Source of the DNA: an uncultured delta proteobacterium
GTDB taxonomy: Bacteria > Myxococcota_A > Polyangia > Fen-1088
Length of the DNA stretch: 64,000 nucleotides
Direction of reading: 5' to 3'
Assembly: GCA_963767925.1 (NCBI GenBank)
Contig: CAVYGB010000008.1
Coordinates: forward strand, 1,696,001 to 1,760,000
This document shows positions 1 to 12,483 of this stretch, piece after piece. Made by a program: the position numbers and the translations under genes. Positions within the stretch are counted from its first letter, which is position 1. Every line of letters starts with the position of its first letter. The notes below the pieces were generated by a model that worked only from the letters and a program-made list of their open reading frames with translations, ran no database searches and was not told where the DNA came from.

Positions 1-424
1 CCGCCTCCAGGGTCTCCCGGGCCTCGGCCGGGTGGTCGAGGTCCAGCTCGAGTCCCGCCGTCAGGGCCAGGGCGTGGAGCCGCTCCTGCACCCCCTCCGG
101 ACCGGGGGCGGCCTTCTCGAGGGCCCGCCGCGCGTGCTCGAGCGCGCGCTCCAGCTCGTCCTGCTGGGCCAGCAGGTCGGCAGCGAACAGCTCGGGTTCG
201 GCCCAGTCGGGGTCGGCCTCCATCGCGGCGTCCAGCCACTTGAGCGCCTCGTCTTCCTCCTCCCGGGCCCGGGCGCAGGCCGCCATCAGGAGCAACACGT
301 CGGGCGACTTCGGTTCGAGGGCGCGCAGCTCCTCGGCCAGTCGGTTGGCCTGGGCGACCTCCCCCGCTTCGAGGAGATCCCAGGCACGATCCAGGTTGCG
401 GGCCAGGCGGCCTTCGGTCTTCAC
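1..424 (-). CDS. TPR-like helical repeat protein, 3' part truncated by the window edge
   Basis: Not in the ORF track. Read manually from GTG at 424 (GTGA overlap with the arginase stop, GGAG upstream): MKTEGRLARNLDRAWDLLEAGEVAQANRLAEELRALEPKSPDVLLLMAACARAREEEDEALKWLDAAMEADPDWAEP..., a TPR pattern. Open to position 1. Confidence 0.75.
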   Translation of the reverse strand, partial: MKTEGRLARNLDRAWDLLEAGEVAQANRLAEELRALEPKSPDVLLLMAACARAREEEDEALKWLDAAMEADPDWAEPELFAADLLAQQDELERALEHARRALEKAAPGPEGVQERLHALALTAGLELDLDHPAEARETLEA

Positions 425-1542
425 GAGGGTCTCCTTACCAGCAGGGCTTCCATGCTGGCCAGCAGGTATTGCACGCCGACCGCGATTGTCCGCTGGCTCT
501 GCTCGGCCGAGCCGACCGGGGGCGCCACCTCGACGAGGTCGGCGCCCACGAGGTCGAGCTCATGCCCCAGCCGCCGCACCAGCGCGCAGACCAGGTCGGG
601 CGAGAGCCCCCCGGCCTCCGGCGCCCCGGTCGAGGGAGCCAGGCTGGCGTCGGTGGCGTCGATGTCGTTGGAGAAGTAGACCTGCTGGACGCCCCGCTCG
701 CGCAGGTGCGCCACGATGGCGTCCACGGTGGCCTCGGCACCGAGCCGAGCGATCTCCTCGGCCCAGAATTGCCGCACGCCCAGCGTGGATTCCCAGTACT
801 CGCGCGGCTGGCGGGAGGTACGGACCCCCACCTGGACCAGTCGGCCCTGGCGGCCGATCAGGTCGTTGGCGTGGTAGGCCCAGGTGGCGAAACAGATCTT
901 TACCCCCAGCCGCTCGGACATCAGATCGGTGTGGGCGTCGGGCTGGACGATGCCCAGCGTCGCCGCCGTCCGGCGCCGCTTGAGCGCGGCAACCGGCGCC
1001 CAGGCCACGCTGTGGTCGCCGCCCAGGACCAGGATCTTGATGCCGGGGTTGAGGTCGAAGACCCGATCGAGGACGCGCTCGGCGATGGTCAACGGTGCCA
1101 CCGGCAGCTCGGCCGACTCCTCGGGCGCCAGCGTCGGGTACATCGCTCGGCGGCATGCCTCCTTCTGCGGCTCGCTCAGCATGTCGTCGGCCAGCAGGTG
1201 GGGATTGACCGCCACGTCGCCGAGATCGACGATCCCCTGGGCGGTGGCCCAGGCCCGGAACTCGGGCCGGGCCGCCAGCAGGCCCCGGCGCAGCTCCTGG
1301 GGACCGAAGCTCGCACCCCGCACGAGCCCCGCGCCGCAATCGGACGGGATGCCCATCACGGCCAGGCGCGCGCGACCCAGGGAGGCCAGCTCAGCCTGCC
1401 AGGCGGCCGGGACCTCGTCGGCGCTCGCGACCCCGTAGAGCGACGCTTGCAAATCCTGCTGCGCCCTTCGCCCGGTCGACACGGTGAAGACGCCAGCGCC
1501 GGCCGGACGCAGCATGAGGGCGAGCTCGCGATCGGGGTTCAT
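421..1542 (-). CDS. Arginase/agmatinase (ureohydrolase) family protein
   Basis: GGDHS, DAHTD and SNDID metal-binding motifs; STGAPEAGG and ADLVEVAP. Confidence 0.93.
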   Translation of the reverse strand: MNPDRELALMLRPAGAGVFTVSTGRRAQQDLQASLYGVASADEVPAAWQAELASLGRARLAVMGIPSDCGAGLVRGASFGPQELRRGLLAARPEFRAWATAQGIVDLGDVAVNPHLLADDMLSEPQKEACRRAMYPTLAPEESAELPVAPLTIAERVLDRVFDLNPGIKILVLGGDHSVAWAPVAALKRRRTAATLGIVQPDAHTDLMSERLGVKICFATWAYHANDLIGRQGRLVQVGVRTSRQPREYWESTLGVRQFWAEEIARLGAEATVDAIVAHLRERGVQQVYFSNDIDATDASLAPSTGAPEAGGLSPDLVCALVRRLGHELDLVGADLVEVAPPVGSAEQSQRTIAVGVQYLLASMEALLVRRPS

Positions 1543-1684
1543 GAGTGGGGCCCAGGCGCGGTCACGCCTATAGACGAGATTAGCGGATCTAGTTGGGTAC
1601 CCTCAAAGGTGGTAAAAATAGCGGGCCGGTCCGCGTGTTCCGTCTTCCAGTGGGTACCTACCCCCCGTCTAACCTGTCAGCAGC

Positions 1685-3916
1685 ATGGATGCCACCCTGA
1701 AGGAGCGACTCGACCAGACCGGTGTGGCGCTCGGGCAGCGTTACGGCGAGCTGGGGACCCGGGCCCATCGCGAGCTGGCCCACTGGCTGTCGGGGAGCCT
1801 GCCGTTTTCGTTCTCCGAGACCCTCGCCCGCCACCTGGTGCCCGGACAGGAAGCGCTGCTGTTCGACGCCTTCTGGCAGGTGCTCCCCTTCGGGACCGGT
1901 GGACGCCGGGGCCGGGTGGGATACGGGGCCAATCGGGTCAATCCGACAACGGTGGCCCTGACCATCCAGGGTCACTGCAACTTCCTGCGCGCCCGGTTTC
2001 CGGGCCGGAGCGATCTGTCGGTGGTGGTGGCCAACGACGTGCGCGTCTTCCGCGACATCGCCGGGAGCTACGGCTTCCTCGGGCCCGACCATCCGCTGCT
2101 GGGGCTCACCTCGCGGGGGCTCGCGCGCCTGGCCTGCGAGATCTACGCCGGCAACGGGATCGCCGCCTACCTCATCGCGCCCGAGGACGAGGGGGCGACC
2201 CTGTCCACCCCGGAGCTCTCCTTCGCCATCGGCACGCTGAAGGCCGCCGGCGGTGTGAACCTCTCGGCCTCCCACAACCACCCCGACGACAATGGGGTGA
2301 AGGTGTACGACGAGTTCGGCAGCCAGCCGGTGGCCCCCGCCGACCAGGAGCTGCTCGACATCATGGCGGCGGTCACGGAGGTGAAGGCTTGCCCCTTCGC
2401 CGACGCCCGCTCGGCCGGGCTGGTCCGGGAGCTGCCCAGCTCGCTGCACGAGGAATACGTGCGGGGCTACCTGCAGCTCTACGGCGGGTTCTTCCCGCCC
2501 CGCTCCGATCTCCCGGTGGTCTACACGCCGCTTTGCGGCGTCGGTTCGACCTCGGCGGGTGACGTCCTCTCGCGCCTCGGTTTTCCCGTGCTCACGCCGC
2601 CCGACGAGGGCCCCGACGGAACCTTCGCGCCCATCCCCTTTCGCTCCCCCAACCCCGAGGTGCCGCAGTCGACCCAGCCGGCCCGGGCCTACGCCGACCG
2701 GCACGGCAGCGGCATCGTCCTGTCGAGCGACCCCGACGCCGACCGCATCGGCTGCGAGATCAAGATCGCCGCGAGCTCCGAGGCGGACAGCGGCTGGTAC
2801 CACCTCGACGGCAACCAGATCGCCGCCATCCTCTGCTACGCGCTCATGCTCGACCCCCGGGGCCCTCGCCGCAAGGGCCTGGTTATCGAGACCCTCGTCA
2901 CAACCCGGTTGTTGCGCCGGATCGTCGAGGCGCGCGGCGAATCGGACCTCATCGACGACCTCCTGGTCGGGTTCAAATACGTCGCCGACGTCCTCAAGCG
3001 GCTGGGACGCGAGGGCGCCTACCGCCAGATCCGCCGGCGACCCGACGAGCTGGTGCTGGCCGCCGAGGAGAGCCACGGCGTCATCTTCCTCCCGCACATC
3101 CTCGACAAGGACGCCACCCCGGCTTGCATGTACCTGGCCGGTCTCTACCAGCGCCTGCGCCTGGAGGGCCGCACCCTGCTCGACTACTACGTGTCGATGC
3201 TCGAGGAGCTGGGCGGGTTCGACACGGTCAACCGCTCGATCATGATGGCGGGGGCAAGCGGGATGGAGCGCAAGGATCGTATCATGGCCTGGCTGCGCGC
3301 CTCGCCGCCCGCCACCCTCGGCGGGCAGGCCGTCCGCCGGATCACGGACTACTGGGACACCAACGCCTTCGGACCGCTGGTGAGCGAGAGCGAGCGACTC
3401 CCCCGCAACGTGGTGGAGCTGCAGACCGACCGCCTGGTGGTCACCGTGCGCCCGTCGGGAACCGAGCCCAAGCTGAAGCTGTATTGCCAGCTCCTGCCGT
3501 CCACCGGCGGTGAGGGGGCCCCCGCGGCCCGGGGCTCGGCCCTGCTCGGCGCCCTGCGGGCCGAGGCGGAGGAGGCTGCCCGGACGGTATACAACGACCT
3601 GCTGTCACCGCTGGGCCTGCAACTCGGGGAGGTGGGCCTGCTGCTCACCGATCTCATCGAGCTCGAGCGCAAGCGGGAGTTCGAGAGCGAGACGGTGCCC
3701 CGGCTTCGGGCGAAGCTCGCGCAGGGCGAGCTGGCGAGCGCGAGCGCGCTCGAATCCTGGCTGCGTCAGGAGACGCGCAGCTTGCTCCCCGGCGCCGATG
3801 CCTTGCCCGCCCTGCGGGCTCCCCTGGCCGCGGTCGCGGCCCGCTGGGCCCGGGAGCTTCCGCGCGCGCCCGGGCTGGAAATCTTGCAGAGGTGGGCCAG
3901 AGCGAAGGGAGCTTGA
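1685..3916 (+). CDS. Phospho-sugar mutase (PGM/PMM family) with C-terminal helical extension
   Basis: FGTGGRRG, phosphoserine loop SASHN, metal loop DPDADR, EESHG and RPSGTEPKLK. Confidence 0.93.
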   Translation: MDATLKERLDQTGVALGQRYGELGTRAHRELAHWLSGSLPFSFSETLARHLVPGQEALLFDAFWQVLPFGTGGRRGRVGYGANRVNPTTVALTIQGHCNFLRARFPGRSDLSVVVANDVRVFRDIAGSYGFLGPDHPLLGLTSRGLARLACEIYAGNGIAAYLIAPEDEGATLSTPELSFAIGTLKAAGGVNLSASHNHPDDNGVKVYDEFGSQPVAPADQELLDIMAAVTEVKACPFADARSAGLVRELPSSLHEEYVRGYLQLYGGFFPPRSDLPVVYTPLCGVGSTSAGDVLSRLGFPVLTPPDEGPDGTFAPIPFRSPNPEVPQSTQPARAYADRHGSGIVLSSDPDADRIGCEIKIAASSEADSGWYHLDGNQIAAILCYALMLDPRGPRRKGLVIETLVTTRLLRRIVEARGESDLIDDLLVGFKYVADVLKRLGREGAYRQIRRRPDELVLAAEESHGVIFLPHILDKDATPACMYLAGLYQRLRLEGRTLLDYYVSMLEELGGFDTVNRSIMMAGASGMERKDRIMAWLRASPPATLGGQAVRRITDYWDTNAFGPLVSESERLPRNVVELQTDRLVVTVRPSGTEPKLKLYCQLLPSTGGEGAPAARGSALLGALRAEAEEAARTVYNDLLSPLGLQLGEVGLLLTDLIELERKREFESETVPRLRAKLAQGELASASALESWLRQETRSLLPGADALPALRAPLAAVAARWARELPRAPGLEILQRWARAKGA

Positions 3917-5001
3917 TGGGGCAGGACAGTGGGCGACCGGGCGAGGGCGAAGGCGGGGGCGAAGGTGACGGGGACGGCCAGGGAGGGCCGGCGACCTGGC
4001 CCCGAGGGCCACGCTCGGTGGTGGTGATCGGGGGTGGGACCGGCTCTTACAACGTCCTTGCCGGGCTTCGCCGCTTCGATCGGCTCCGGCTCGTCTCGAT
4101 CGTCACCATGACCGACTCGGGCGGTGACTCCGGGCGCCTGCGCTCGGAGTTCAAGGTGCTGCCGCCGGGGGACATCCGACGCTGCCTGGTGGCCCTGTCG
4201 GAGGACAGCTCTCTGCTGCGGGAGCTATTCAACTTCCGCTTCGACGACGATCCCCTGCGCGGGCGCCAGCTCGGAAACCTCCTGGTGCTGGCTCTGGCCC
4301 GCATCCTGGGCAGCGAGCGAGAGGCCATCAACGCCATCCACCGCCTCCTCAACATCCGGGGACGGGTGCTGCCGGTCTCCTGGGACCAGGTGCACCTCTG
4401 CGCGGAGCTGGCCGACGGCCAGGTGATCGAGGAGGAGGCTGACATCGACGTGCCGAAACACGACCCGTCGATCCCGATCCGGCGGGTCTTCCTGCGGCCA
4501 GAAGCGACGCCCAACCCCGAGGCCCTGGCCGCGATCGAGGACAGCGACTTCATCGTCCTGGCCCCGGGCGACCTCTACACCTCCAGCCTGCCCAATCTGC
4601 TCGTGCAGGGGGTGCCCGAGGCCCTGCGCCGGTCGCGGGCCAAGCTGGTCTACGTCGTGAACCTCATGACGAAGCGGGGGGAGACCCTGGGCTACCCGGC
4701 CTCCCGGCACGTCGAGGAGCTGATCCGCTACGGCGGTCGCGTGCCCGAGGCGGTCCTCGTGCATCGGGGTGAGATGCCCGTCGAGATGGCGCAGCGGTAC
4801 CGCGCCGAAGAAGCCCACCTGGTCGAGATCGACGAGCCCCAGGTGCACGCCCTCGGCGTGCCCCTCGTCTGGTCGGCCCCCGTGATCTCCACGGCGTCGA
4901 AGGCCCGCCACGACCCCGTGCGCACGTCGCTGGCCCTGGTCAGGCTGTTCGCCGCCCTCGATGAGGCGGGGGCAACCCCCGCCGCCCTGCCGGCCAACTG
5001 A
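3916..5001 (+). CDS. yvcK: YvcK/GlmR (CofD-like) UDP-GlcNAc-binding gluconeogenesis factor
   Basis: GGGTG, DSGGDSGRLR, PPGDIRRCLVALS, PGDLYTS, NLMT..GET and RHDP. ATG at 3916 overlaps the upstream TGA. Confidence 0.9.
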   Translation: MGQDSGRPGEGEGGGEGDGDGQGGPATWPRGPRSVVVIGGGTGSYNVLAGLRRFDRLRLVSIVTMTDSGGDSGRLRSEFKVLPPGDIRRCLVALSEDSSLLRELFNFRFDDDPLRGRQLGNLLVLALARILGSEREAINAIHRLLNIRGRVLPVSWDQVHLCAELADGQVIEEEADIDVPKHDPSIPIRRVFLRPEATPNPEALAAIEDSDFIVLAPGDLYTSSLPNLLVQGVPEALRRSRAKLVYVVNLMTKRGETLGYPASRHVEELIRYGGRVPEAVLVHRGEMPVEMAQRYRAEEAHLVEIDEPQVHALGVPLVWSAPVISTASKARHDPVRTSLALVRLFAALDEAGATPAALPAN

Positions 5002-5020
5002 GCCGCCCGGGCTCGGGGCA

Positions 5021-6305
<1,285 letters not shown>

Positions 6306-6330
6306 GGATGGACCTCCAATCGGATCGAGA

Positions 6331-7182
6331 TTACTCGATACACGCGCTCCGTCTATCGGGATTTGGCAGAGGGCGAGACGGGGACGCCGCCGGGGGGCCG
6401 GGCAGGCGAGCCAGGGTGCTCGTGACCGTGCCGGCCGGCTGGGCAAAGAACAGATAGTCGATGGTTCCGGGCAGCTCGCCGTACCTCTGCTGGTAGCCGC
6501 CCGGATCGAACCCCGCGGGCGGCCGGGCGATATCCCCGCAGTCCAGGTTCCGGATACCCACCTCGGTCAACACCGCCACCAGCTTCTGGAACCGGGGCAA
6601 GAGTGGGGGGTCGAACACCCCTGCCCGGGGCGCCTCCTCGACCCACAGCCGGTCGCCCAGGACCTCTCCCCGCACGGTCACCTGCTGCACCGCCGCGAAA
6701 GGGGCCAGATCCGACAGGGCCACGCGCAGGTGTAGCTCCTCCCAGACCGGGGCGCGCGCACCGCGGCCAGCAGACGGCAGCTCCGGCGGCGTCTCCAGCA
6801 GGCCCTCTCGCAGCTCGATCAGGGAGGGCGAGCGGCCGGTGCAGAGGACGTACAGGTAGGCGCAATACTCCTCGGCCCGGCCAGGAACGTGGCGGCAGGA
6901 GGCAGACAGGCGCTGGGCCAGCCGCTCGCGCAGCAGGACGGCCAGCGGGGCGGCGGTCTCTGGACCGGCGGCCGGGCCCTCCCCTCTGCCGGCCCTCTCG
7001 CCGGCGCGGCGGTCGTCCTCCTTGCGGCCTTCCCTGCGGCCTTCCCCGCGGTCTTCCTGGCGATGTTCCCAGCGCCGGGTGGGGTAGAGCCGGGCGAGCG
7101 CCGCCTCGATGGCAGCAAACATCGTGGCCTTGCGGTGGTCGCACCCCCCCTTGCGGCCGCAGCTCGTGCAGCCGTCGCTCAT
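6331..7182 (-). CDS. Hypothetical protein with N-terminal CxxC-x5-C motif
   Basis: MSDGCTSCGRKGGCDHRK start. ATGA overlap with the reconstructed kamA stop; coding-like GC3 bias. Confidence 0.75.
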   Translation of the reverse strand: MSDGCTSCGRKGGCDHRKATMFAAIEAALARLYPTRRWEHRQEDRGEGRREGRKEDDRRAGERAGRGEGPAAGPETAAPLAVLLRERLAQRLSASCRHVPGRAEEYCAYLYVLCTGRSPSLIELREGLLETPPELPSAGRGARAPVWEELHLRVALSDLAPFAAVQQVTVRGEVLGDRLWVEEAPRAGVFDPPLLPRFQKLVAVLTEVGIRNLDCGDIARPPAGFDPGGYQQRYGELPGTIDYLFFAQPAGTVTSTLARLPGPPAASPSRPLPNPDRRSACIE

Positions 7183-8585
7183 ATCAGCTTCGGCCCCGCG
7201 GTCGCCGCCACCCTCGCCTCTTCCACCATCACCGCACGCTGGGCCGGGATCGGCCCAGCGCCGGCGGCCGTCTTCGGGCAGCAGGTCGATGGGGTCGAAG
7301 TAGAAATAGAGCTGCCCCCGCTTCACCGCCGGGCTGGTGTAGACCGAGACGCCGGTCACCCGGTTGTAGTGCTCGTAGGAGTGCGCGTCCCGCTTGCCGC
7401 CTCCGCCCGGGGCGTCGACGACCACGACCGGGGTGTTGAAGCCGGCGGTGACCCCGCGCAGCTCCTTCTCGACGTCCAGGCCGGTCTGCAGCGTGGTGCG
7501 CAGGTCCTCGACCCCCTTCACGAGGTCGTGCATGTAGATGTAGTAGGGGTGCACGTTGATGTAGGCCAGGCGCTTGCACAGCAAGACCTGGGTTGCGCCG
7601 CTGTCGTTGACCCGCCGCTGGAGTACGCGTCTGGTTGCGGACGGTGATCCCCCGCTCGGCCAGGCGGTCGGTGGCCGCCCGGGTGAGGGCGGTGATCTCG
7701 TTGGGGTGGTTGAAGTGGGTGTGGAGCACCACCTCCTTGTGCAGGAGGCGCCCCTTCTCGACGATGCGGGTGAGGGCGTCGATCCAGGCGTCGTCGGTGA
7801 GCAGCTTCTGGGGCATGACGGCCGGCCCCTTGGTGGCGTAGCGGAACCGGCGGACGTGGGGGATGGCCAGCAGCGATTCGCCGATGTGGGTGATCTGCTC
7901 GGGCCGCAGCTGATAGGCGTCGCCGCCCGAGATGACGATGTCCTCCAGCTCCGGCCGCGAGGCGATGTAGGCGAACGTGGCCTGCCAGCGCTCGGGGTTC
8001 ACGCGCAGGTGGAACTTCGTCACCTCCTCGGTGTCGATGCCCACCGCGTAGGACCGGGTGCAAAAGCGGCAGTAGACCGGGCAGGTGTCGAGCGCGAGGA
8101 AGAGCGCCTTGTCGGGGTAGCGATGGGTCAGCCCCGGCACCGGGGCATGTCCTTGCGCTCGTGGAGCGAGTCGAGGTCCAGGTTGGGGTGGTCGGGCAGG
8201 CGCAGCGACGCGACCGGGATGAACTGCAGCCGCAGGGGGTCGTCGTAGGGACGGGTCCAGTCGATCGAGCGAGAGCAGGTAGGGCGACACCCGCACCGAC
8301 ATGGGGGCGCGCTGGAACCCCTCCTCGGCGTCACGCAGGAATTCATCGGTGACCAGCCCCTTGAGGGCGGCCAGCAGCTTGCCGGCGTTGGTGATCGAGT
8401 GGCGGGCCTGCCAGCCGTGGTCGAGGAAATCGGCCTCGCTGACCTCCGCGTAGGCCGGGATCCGCCGCCAGAAGGGGCCCTCCAGCAGCTGCCGGTGCAG
8501 CAGCGCGTCCTCCGACACCGGCGGCTTGAGCGCCGGCGGCGGGGGAGCCGCTGTCCGCGGCCTGGGGCTCAGCCTCCGGGATCAT
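7179..8585 (-). CDS. kamA: KamA-family radical SAM/PLP 2,3-aminomutase, interrupted by about 5 indels (about 8543, 8266, 8146, 7626, 7247)
   Basis: GLTHRYPDK, CPVYCRFC (CxxxCxxC), ISGGD, HFNHPNE, NQTVL..VND, PYY and DAPGGGGK (PLP lysine), spread over three frames. Confidence 0.9.
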
Positions 8586-8591
8586 CGTAGA

Positions 8592-8597
8592 ACCTTA
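8592..8597 (-). promoter_or_regulatory. Putative -10 box TAAGGT, 6 nt before the kamA ATG (leaderless)
   Basis: Minus strand reads cggTAAGGTtctacgATG; no Shine-Dalgarno. Confidence 0.5.
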
Positions 8598-8644
8598 CCG
8601 CGCGGTCCGCGGTCTTTCTACGTCATCGAGCGGAGCGTCGAAAA

Positions 8645-9991
<1,347 letters not shown>

Positions 9992-9996
9992 GCCGG

Positions 9997-10212
9997 TCAG
10001 CCCCGGTAGACCACGATCCCGCGGGTGGGATCGTAAGGCGTCAGGGCTACCGTGACCTTGTCACCCAGCACGACCCGGATCCGGTGCTTCCGGAGCTTGC
10101 CACCGAGGTGGGCGAGCACCTGATGACCGTTTTCGAGCTCGATGCGGAAATTCCCGGCCGGTAACACCTCGACGACGCGTCCTTGGAATTCGATGTGTTC
10201 TTCACGGCCCAT
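9997..10212 (-). CDS. infA: Translation initiation factor IF-1 (divergent copy)
   Basis: [18 protein letters not shown]...[35 protein letters not shown], 71 aa. Confidence 0.93.
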   Translation of the reverse strand: MGREEHIEFQGRVVEVLPAGNFRIELENGHQVLAHLGGKLRKHRIRVVLGDKVTVALTPYDPTRGIVVYRG

Positions 10213-10357
10213 GGGGTCAAAGAAGGTACCCGCTCGCCTGTGTCGGGTCAACTGCGCCCCGTCCGGAGGACCACCTCGGGGGCCTGCGGGGGCCGTTTTG
10301 CCGGACCAACTTCGGCGGCGATGGTGTATCAGAAGGCCTGGAAGGCGGACGAAGACG

Positions 10358-12437
10358 GTGAAGATCTACGCTGGAAGTGACCACGCGGGCGTTACCCTGA
10401 AGGCCAAGCTCACCGCCTACTTGCGGGAACGGGGCCATGAGGTCGTCGACCTCGGAACCAGCGACGAGACTCCGACCGACTACCCCGACTGGGCGGCCTG
10501 GGTGGCGACCTCGGTCCGGAACGACCCGCCGGCCCGGGGGCTGGTGGTCTGCGGATCCGGCGTGGGGGTGACCATCGTCGCCAACAAGATCCCGAGCATC
10601 CGCGCGGTGGACGCCTGGAGCGTGGACATCGCCCGGGTCTCCCGATCCCACAACGACACAAACGTCCTTTGTCTTGGCGAGCGTTTCCTGCGTGACGAGG
10701 AGGCGCGGGCCATCGCCGATGCCTGGCTGGAGACCCCCTTCGATGGAGACCGGCACATCCCCCGCCTGGCCAAGATCGCCGCGCTGGAGGCCGAGCAACG
10801 CACCTTCGGGGCGGTCGACCGGGAGCTGGAGCTGCTGGCCCGGGATCGGGTGGTCCCGCGGATCTGGGGGCGCGATCCGGCGGCGTTCACCGCCGAGGCC
10901 GACGTCCAGGAGCCGACCCGAAAATCGATCCTGAACCGCCTCGGCTGGCTGCGGGCGCCCGAGGAGATGGCCGGCCAGCTCGAGGAGATCGAGGCGTTCG
11001 CGGCCGACGTGAAGGCCCGCGGCTTCCGCCAGGTGGTCCTGCTGGGCATGGGTGGCAGCTCGCTGTGTCCGGAGGTCTGGAGCCGGACCTTCGCCCCCGC
11101 TCCCGGAATGGCGCTGGCGGTGCTCGACAGCACCGATCCGGAGGCGGTGGCCGAGATCGAGCGGTCGATCGACTTCGAGCGCACGCTCTTCGTCGTCGCC
11201 TCCAAGTCGGGCGGCACCATCGAGGTGGCGTCCTTCGAGAGCACCTTCTGGGCCAAGGCCCTGGCTCGGCATGGGCTCGAACGGGCCCGGGCGCAGTTCT
11301 GCGCCATCACCGACCCGGCAACCGAGCTGCACCACCGGGCGCGGGACCGCTACCACAAGGTCTTCCTCAACCCCGGCGACATCGGGGGCCGCTATTCGGC
11401 GCTGTCCCTGTTCGGGCTGGTGCCGGCGGCCCTGCTGGGCCTCGACATCCGGCGCTTGCTGGCGAGCGCCCAGTCGGCGGTGACGGCCTGCCGCCGGGAG
11501 GTCCCCGGCGAGAACCCGGGGGCCGTGCTGGGCGCCTTCATGGGCGGTCTCAACCGGCAGGGCCGGGACAAGCTCACCCTCGTGCTGGCCCCCCCCATCG
11601 CCAGCCTGGGCGCCTGGATCGAGCAGCTCGTGGCCGAGTCCACCGGGAAACACGGGCGGGGCGTGGTGCCGATCGACCTCGAGCCCCTGGGTCCCCCCTC
11701 GGTCTACGGGGACGATCGGGCCTTCGTGTTCGTGGACCTGGCAGGCGCCCCCCCGGCGGCCGAGCCGGGCGCCATCCAGGCGCTGCGATCGGCCGGTCAC
11801 CCGGTCCTGCAGATCAGCCTGCAGGACCGCTACGACCTCGGGGCCGAGCTGTTCCGCTGGGAGTTCGCCACCGCGGTGGCGGGCGCCAGCCTGGGGGTCA
11901 ATCCCTTCGACGAGCCCAACGTCACCCAGGCCAAGGAGGCGACCGCGCGCGCCCTCAAGGTGTTCTGGGAAAAGGGCACCCTGCCCGACCCGGGCGCGAC
12001 CCTGCGCCCGGGTGACCGCGACGCCCTGATCGAGCACCTGGGCACCACCCGGCCCGGCGACTACCTGGCCCTCTGCGCGTTCTTTCAGCGCACGGAGGCC
12101 CGCGACCGGCTGCTGACCGAGCTGCGGCGGCTGTGCCGCGACCGCTGGCGGGTGGCGACGACGCTGGGGTACGGACCGCGCTTCCTGCACTCGACCGGGC
12201 AGCTCCACAAGGGCGGGGCCAACAATGGTGTGTTTCTGCAGCTCACCGCCGAGCGGGGCAGCGACCTCGATGTACCGGAGCGGGGCTTCAGCTTCGGGGT
12301 GCTGCGGGACGCGCAGGCGCTCGGTGACCTCGAGGCGCTCCGGCAACACCGCCGCCGGGTGGCCCGGGTGCACCTGGGCCCGGATCATACAGGGTGGTCT
12401 CGAGCAGCTGATCGAAGCTGTTTCGAGGGACGCGTGA
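10358..12437 (+). CDS. rpiB-pgi: Fused ribose-5-phosphate isomerase B / glucose-6-phosphate isomerase; indel at about 12385 shifts the last 16 or so codons
   Basis: N-terminal GSDHAG, CGSGVG and HNDTNVL (RpiB); C-terminal [35 protein letters not shown] and [10 protein letters not shown] (Pgi). GTG start at 10358. Confidence 0.9.
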
Positions 12438-12483
12438 TGCGTGCCTTGCGGGCAGCTATGATTCTCGATGGAGGCACTCGCGC

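Noticed and set aside
6331..7584. Apparent 417-aa fusion of the KamA C-terminus to the downstream hypothetical protein
   Set aside because: It is created by the extra base at about 7247. Removing that base gives a normal stop in an ATGA overlap with the next start.
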